DNA of 20,000 nucleotides from an uncultured virus (IMG/VR IMGVR_UViG_3300030616_000579) (taxonomy: Duplodnaviria > Heunggongvirae > Uroviricota > Caudoviricetes): the IMG/VR virus record IMGVR_UViG_3300030616_000579; one strand, 5' to 3'. A program made the position numbers and the translations under genes. Within the stretch, counting starts at the first letter, position 1. The number at the start of each line of letters is the position of its first letter. Shown here piece by piece: positions 14,900 through 20,000 of the stretch. The notes beneath the pieces are model-generated. The model did not search any database. It was not told the origin of the DNA and saw only the letters and a list, made by a program, of their open reading frames with translations.

Positions 14900-17800
14900 G
14901 TTCTGTTACTCCACACTAATGATACATCTGTTGCTGTAATATCTGTACTTGCATCTACATCGTACAACCCAAGATATGCGTACTCTTCCTGTCGATTATT
15001 CCAGACAGTTATTACATCTGTAGCAGTAACATCGTTACTTGAAGTCACATCATATCTACTATGTTCTGTTCTATATCTGAATGTCCTGTTATTCCATATT
15101 GTTCCATCAGATAGATTCACCCAGAAGTAATATGTTGTATTTCCCCACCGCCACTTTGTGTTATATCGTTGTGAGTTATTGAATGTCTGGTTGCACATAA
15201 ACACACCAGCACCTACCGTAAGATTCTCACCTATTGCACACCATCCAGAAGACCCCGCTGATGTTTTATTCGTATAAAATGATACATTCATTATATCTCC
15301 ATCTGCATCATAGATGAAACAACTGATATTCGCAAGTAATAAATCTACATTTACAGAGTTGTTTCCTGGATACGTCCAATTGATAACAGGAGCTGTATTA
15401 CTTCCATATAAGAAACTATCATTACTACTGTCATATGCGTTTTCAATACACGTTCCATTTACATAACTGAATAGATATGTACCAGAAGGAACTGCATTTG
15501 CAGATACATTAACTGTAACATTAAATGAGTCAGTGTCTCCTGATTTTTGGTTTGTTGTTAGATTAAACGTGTAGTTTTTATCTGAACCAGTTGCATTTGC
15601 AGGTGGAAGAGATGTCATTACATATGTAGAACCAGTTGGTAAAGTATGATTTACGGTAACATTTGTATTGTTTACCGAACCAGTATTTGTTACTACTATT
15701 GTATAATTAACGTGATGCCACGTTGAAGTATCAACTATTTGTGATATATTGCATTCAATTGTTGCATTGATATCGTTGTAACTATCTTCCATTTGCCATT
15801 CATTACCAATTCTACCGTGACCCCAATACTGAATGTTTGATTCATTCACACCTGTCCAAACACCATCATAGAAATCTGCTATAGTAACATCAGTAGAAAG
15901 ATTCATGTAGTAATCCCACACTGTTAAATGACCGTCAAACTCATCGTCACATGCATAATAATTGTATAATGAATAATTGTTTGATTCGTTCCAGTTTTCC
16001 CACACTGCAGTCAACGTTTCTGCTTCATCGAGTCCTCTATTGATAGTCATTACATGCAATCCAAACGTATCGTTACTGTTCAAATACTGATGGCTTCCAA
16101 CATATCCTTTTTCAAAGTAATATCGTGGAATTTCAGCAAAGTAACTTCTATGGAAATAGTTTCTATGATATGGTGGCATGCAACTTTCAAACGCACCATA
16201 GTCAAGTGCATACTCCCATCCTGCTATTGCATCTACATCTGATGGTGAAAACTCATCAAGTCCATGATACATTGTAATATTAGTTTGCCACGTAAAGATA
16301 CTAGCATCATACCATGCCCACCATACAATAGCAATATCGTTATCATCCCAATTTCTATCATTGTCAACATCAATACACATTACTGCAGAATCAAAATCGT
16401 CTTGTGTTCCATCTGTTGTATCTTCTATGTGAATACCTAAAGCTTCGTGGTATGTTGAAGAAATATTTGTAAATGTTGTTGTATAATAATAGATAGAACC
16501 ATTTTGGTCATCCCATTCAGTCCATTCACTACAACTAATATTTGGTGTGTAATATCGTGATTCCATACTAAAGAAAGATGAAAGATTGAGACCAGTCAAT
16601 GTCACACAATCAAGATATTCATCCCAAGTTAAGTTTCCATCCATGTACTCATAGAAACAATCCATATATAATGATTGATTTTGTTGTTTGAGTGTTATAT
16701 TATGTAATGGGAACGTCATCAATGGTATTCCATCTTCACCATAGATAGGATGGTTCTCCAACTGTGATGTATTTGCATATTCATCTCTTGAATAATTTAA
16801 CCTCCACATATCAATTTTATCAAAATCTGCGGTAAATGTTACATCATATGGATTCCAGGTTACAAGACCCCAACAAACTGATTGTGGTTCTTCTAAATCC
16901 TCATATTGTGAACCCCCTGCAGTTTCGTTATCGCACACCCAACCAGGCGGTTCTACATCATAATCAAAATTTGTTGATGAATCAAAGATAGGCCACGCTT
17001 TTGCATTAATTGTTCCTGCTAACGAATTATACAATGTTCTAATCCAGATACCATCATATCCAGTATCGTTGCTGTTTGGATAAAAGTCATAATCGAATCC
17101 AGGGTCACAAGGCCACAATACTTCCCAATAGTTGTAACAATCATCTGGACTTGCCACAGCTGTTCCATCCTTCGTATTGACCATTGCACCTCCAACCATT
17201 TTTGACAATAAGTATGCTTTATCAGTTCCAAACAAAACCATATCATATTCATCATTGTTTGTAAATGAATAGATAACACCAACATATGGTTCAGTTGTTG
17301 TATTTCCAGTGTGGTTGAATCGTGCTCGTAATAACGAAGATGTTCTATTTGCAGATGTATGATTTGAAATCGTATATGATAAACCAGCTATATCTCCACC
17401 TGTTCCATCAGAGTTATCATATCGGTAAGCCCATGACCAGTTGTGTTCTTTATTGAGTGTTTCATTATATGCTAACCACTTTGTTGCTTCATATTCTAAC
17501 CAATCACTGTTTTCAAGTGAACCACCCTTTGGATGTTCCGTTAAATTCCAATCACTGGCTTCAATACCGCAACATGGACAGGTTATTGTCTCGTTTAATT
17601 GAGAAACATATACAAATGCAGAACTCTCATTGTAACAATCTGAATCCCAGAACTCGTGGTCGTATTCTGTTACATAAATAGTAACATTGTTCCACCCATA
17701 CCCTGATACATTCTCTGTTGATGCATTGTATGTAATGTATGATGTATTACAATATACCATATCTGCTTCATCTTGTGTTAAATTCCAGTATAAATGTTGA

Positions 17801-20000
17801 TGCCAAAACTCTCCCCCTTCAGTTGTCATATAGTCTGGTTCTCTTGCATATGATGTTCCGTTTGTGTGATAAAACACAGATGTTCCATTGATGTACTCAA
17901 CGTGGTTGTATAATGTATCAACTATCGTTATGTTATCATCTATGTTATCGCCACAATCATGCCAACTGATGTTGAATATTACTGTATTGTTTTCTATCCA
18001 ATCTTCATAAATTCCTTCTTCCCAAGCACTTGATGTTTCATTCCACACCGATTTATCAACTTGAATACAACAATCAAATTTGATATACCAAGCAATTTCT
18101 AGTGTTACATTAACGTCACTTGTACATCCCCATGCATCACCTTCATATGTATTATCCCAATGGTTCAAATAAGACCAGTTACTTCCATTCCCTGCAGAAT
18201 AATTTTGTACATAACACCAATCACAAATTGATTCACCAGGGCCATCTCCTATAGTAATGTCATAATAATCATAACTTACATTTTGTGTCCAATTATGAGA
18301 TGCGTTTCCATAGAAATCGTGGTTGTGTGTTGAATTCCAACCAGGGTTACCATTCTCTGCATTGTCAAAGTATGGGTCAGCAAATAGTAATCCTGTTCCA
18401 TTGCTGTTATATCCTGCAACCTGAACATAATGTCCTCCAACACGAACATCTCCACAATAAAACCCAAGTAGAACAACAACATCATCGCAATTATCCAAAT
18501 GAGTTGTAATATTAGTATAGTTGACTCTACAGGAGGCATCCCACTGTTCCCCGTCTCCTTCAACTTCTAATGAAAAGGTATCACTCCAACCAACTGTTGC
18601 ATTGATAATATTCAGTATTCCCTCTGTCATGCTACTTGCATTTGTTCCATGATGTTCACCAGGAATACCCATAGGCATTGTACAGTTAATGTAACTTGCA
18701 ACCCAATCTACTAATGGTACAACATTGTTTGGGTCTGTTGTATTACATCCTGGGCATAATGCAGGTAACCTATAATTTGGATTTGAGTTATTGTTTGTCT
18801 TGCAGTCTAACCACCATAAACAGTTTGTAAGAGCAACAGGGCCACACATATACCACTGTGGTGATACCATATCACCTGGATGTATTCCTTCCCATCCACA
18901 ATCTTCTTGTTTCTGGTCGAAATCAGGAGGCCCATATGTACAATTTGGATATCCTGGTTTTATGTAATAATCACTTTCGTCTTCATCTTGCGTTACAAAT
19001 ACAGAAGTGTCATTTAACCAATGGACTGAACCTGTTTCATTTACATTAACAGCCCATCTATACTCTGTGTTATATTCACTTATCCATGATGTGTTATAAG
19101 CATAATATGTTCCATTAGATGTACAATATGATGTATTAAAAACTGTTCCAGTTGTATTTTCTCGCCATGTTATATTAAATGGTTCCCCATATGAATGATT
19201 GATTGTAATTGCAAAGTAGTCAAGAGGAATTGCAACATCTTCTGTTTGGTCTGTTGGTGATGGCGAGGTTATATTTAATTCTGTTATCTTAAATCTAAAT
19301 ACATCATTAGTTGTTGCTGATTGGTTATCTGTAATTGTTACATTAAATCTATATTCTCCTGCTTTTAGTGAAAAATTTGAAGGTGTGAAATAATTTATAT
19401 ATTGAACAGTTCCTTTTTGATACCAACCAGGAATTGACCTATTATTATACCAATTAATAAATGTTCCATTTGTATATTCGATTGTTGTATTCAACCAACA
19501 ATCGTCATAATTTGGGTCACCCAACCATTCAAATAATATTGTTTGGTTATCTAAAGCATAATATGTTCCATTTACTTGTGGTGAAACAACTGTTAAACTA
19601 GCAGGAGGAAAATTAAAATCTCCTAAAACATCAAACCATGATTGGCTCCACGTTCCTTGTGTACCGTTTTCAAGTTCTGCATAAACTTTATAAATTACTC
19701 TATCACTTTCTGGATTTCCAACATTAAAGTTTACATCAGGACAACCTTTCCTTGTGACATTTGTATATACATCATATATTTCATCTGGTGCAAGTACTCT
19801 TGACCAAAGTCTAACATCATCAATTGAACCTTCAAATCCTGCTGTTATACCATATCTTATTCCTATATATATATCACCTATTCCAGATTCCATATTACCT
19901 GTACCAGCAAAACCAGATTGTCTGTGAACTTCTGTTCCATTAACATACATAACTACAGTTTCTGGTTCTGTTGAATTAAATGTTACTGCAACATGATACC
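14896..20000 (-). CDS. Very large multidomain surface glycoprotein, 5'-truncated (>1700 aa): LamG + Ig-like + C39/papain-like cysteine peptidase + DUF11-like + C-terminal dockerin-like domain
   Basis: The frame is open past 19950 to the edge (YHVAVTFNS...MYVNG...IYIG...FEGSIDDVRLWSRVL = LamG). Peptidase: PDFDQKQ...CGPVALTNCLWW...GGHYVQVAGY...FADP. DUF11-like: VNYTIVVTNTG..NNTNVTVNHTLPTG. Dockerin-like end: YDVTSSNDVTATD...WNNR / YDVDASTDITATD...WSNR. Confidence 0.88.
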   Translation of the reverse strand, partial: YHVAVTFNSTEPETVVMYVNGTEVHRQSGFAGTGNMESGIGDIYIGIRYGITAGFEGSIDDVRLWSRVLAPDEIYDVYTNVTRKGCPDVNFNVGNPESDRVIYKVYAELENGTQGTWSQSWFDVLGDFNFPPASLTVVSPQVNGTYYALDNQTILFEWLGDPNYDDCWLNTTIEYTNGTFINWYNNRSIPGWYQKGTVQYINYFTPSNFSLKAGEYRFNVTITDNQSATTNDVFRFKITELNITSPSPTDQTEDVAIPLDYFAITINHSYGEPFNITWRENTTGTVFNTSYCTSNGTYYAYNTSWISEYNTEYRWAVNVNETGSVHWLNDTSVFVTQDEDESDYYIKPGYPNCTYGPPDFDQKQEDCGWEGIHPGDMVSPQWYMCGPVALTNCLWWLDCKTNNNSNPNYRLPALCPGCNTTDPNNVVPLVDWVASYINCTMPMGIPGEHHGTNASSMTEGILNIINATVGWSDTFSLEVEGDGEQWDASCRVNYTNITTHLDNCDDVVVLLGFYCGDVRVGGHYVQVAGYNSNGTGLLFADPYFDNAENGNPGWNSTHNHDFYGNASHNWTQNVSYDYYDITIGDGPGESICDWCYVQNYSAGNGSNWSYLNHWDNTYEGDAWGCTSDVNVTLEIAWYIKFDCCIQVDKSVWNETSSAWEEGIYEDWIENNTVIFNISWHDCGDNIDDNITIVDTLYNHVEYINGTSVFYHTNGTSYAREPDYMTTEGGEFWHQHLYWNLTQDEADMVYCNTSYITYNASTENVSGYGWNNVTIYVTEYDHEFWDSDCYNESSAFVYVSQLNETITCPCCGIEASDWNLTEHPKGGSLENSDWLEYEATKWLAYNETLNKEHNWSWAYRYDNSDGTGGDIAGLSYTISNHTSANRTSSLLRARFNHTGNTTTEPYVGVIYSFTNNDEYDMVLFGTDKAYLLSKMVGGAMVNTKDGTAVASPDDCYNYWEVLWPCDPGFDYDFYPNSNDTGYDGIWIRTLYNSLAGTINAKAWPIFDSSTNFDYDVEPPGWVCDNETAGGSQYEDLEEPQSVCWGLVTWNPYDVTFTADFDKIDMWRLNYSRDEYANTSQLENHPIYGEDGIPLMTFPLHNITLKQQNQSLYMDCFYEYMDGNLTWDEYLDCVTLTGLNLSSFFSMESRYYTPNISCSEWTEWDDQNGSIYYYTTTFTNISSTYHEALGIHIEDTTDGTQDDFDSAVMCIDVDNDRNWDDNDIAIVWWAWYDASIFTWQTNITMYHGLDEFSPSDVDAIAGWEYALDYGAFESCMPPYHRNYFHRSYFAEIPRYYFEKGYVGSHQYLNSNDTFGLHVMTINRGLDEAETLTAVWENWNESNNYSLYNYYACDDEFDGHLTVWDYYMNLSTDVTIADFYDGVWTGVNESNIQYWGHGRIGNEWQMEDSYNDINATIECNISQIVDTSTWHHVNYTIVVTNTGSVNNTNVTVNHTLPTGSTYVMTSLPPANATGSDKNYTFNLTTNQKSGDTDSFNVTVNVSANAVPSGTYLFSYVNGTCIENAYDSSNDSFLYGSNTAPVINWTYPGNNSVNVDLLLANISCFIYDADGDIMNVSFYTNKTSAGSSGWCAIGENLTVGAGVFMCNQTFNNSQRYNTKWRWGNTTYYFWVNLSDGTIWNNRTFRYRTEHSRYDVTSSNDVTATDVITVWNNRQEEYAYLGLYDVDASTDITATDVSLVWSNRT

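Larger units (their letters stand above)
1..20000 (-). mobile_element. Segment of a probable archaeal virus or virus-like extrachromosomal element (surface glycoprotein module plus small basic proteins)
   Basis: All credible genes are co-oriented with overlapping stop/start codons. There are many short ORFan-like basic proteins and no housekeeping genes. Exported proteins are dense in N-x-S/T sequons, typical of archaeal surface proteins. GGTG/GAGGT SD motifs and a TATA-like box are present. No viral hallmark gene is in the window. Confidence 0.7.

Noticed and set aside
55..18563. Short alternative-frame minus-strand ORFs (55-246, 1429-1707, 7628-7810, 10363-10554, 17019-17285, 18276-18563)
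   Set aside because: They are nested out of frame inside long genes with coherent domain content.
1030..19049. All plus-strand ORFs in the track (e.g. 5122-5478, 6088-6549, 9367-9741, 10742-11191, 13464-13787)
   Set aside because: They are antisense shadows of well-supported minus-strand genes. Their hydrophobic Phe/Leu bias simply mirrors Lys/Arg/Asn codons, and they show no recognisable motifs.
1490..19660. Repeated CCACGTTCCTTG near 1490, 2408 and 19648
   Set aside because: Each copy encodes Q-G-T-W within unrelated proteins. The spacing is irregular, so it is not an array or att site.
19948..19950. ATG 19950 as the start of the largest protein
   Set aside because: The frame continues upstream through the LamG motif YHVAVTF to the window edge, and no signal peptide follows this Met.
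1..20000. Assignment to a named virus family, a Borg-type element, or a diversity-generating retroelement
   Set aside because: No capsid, packaging or replication hallmark, no perfect tandem nucleotide repeats, and no reverse transcriptase or TR/VR pair is visible in this window.

Overview
AT-rich, gene-dense window in which every credible gene is on the minus strand, tightly coupled (ATGA/TAATG/TGATG overlaps, GGAGG/GAGGT/GGTG ribosome-binding sites). It reads as part of an archaeal virus or virus-like element, probably enveloped. That is inference: no capsid, portal, terminase, integrase or replicase gene is visible here. There are two gene classes. (1) Large exported proteins dense in N-x-S/T sequons: a 5'-truncated >1700 aa LamG/Ig/C39-like peptidase/DUF11 protein and a 332 aa protein that both end in a matching dockerin-like duplicated Ca-loop; a 778 aa membrane-anchored protein with an N-terminal cohesin-like domain; two paralogous membrane-tethered beta-helix proteins; and a 3'-truncated DUF2341-like + BNR/sialidase-like protein (start 2200) absent from the ORF track. 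(2) Small, mostly very basic cytoplasmic proteins, including five ORFs of 32-40 aa that the track missed, two Zn ribbons and a RelA/SpoT-type small alarmone synthetase. Best candidates for new biology: an element-encoded cohesin-dockerin surface display system, and a shared D-x-D-x-D-G/N-x-x-N-x-x-D tag at the N-terminus of three unrelated cytoplasmic proteins, one being the synthetase. Two intergenic minus-strand RNA structures are also noted. All domain calls come from motif reading, not database searches.
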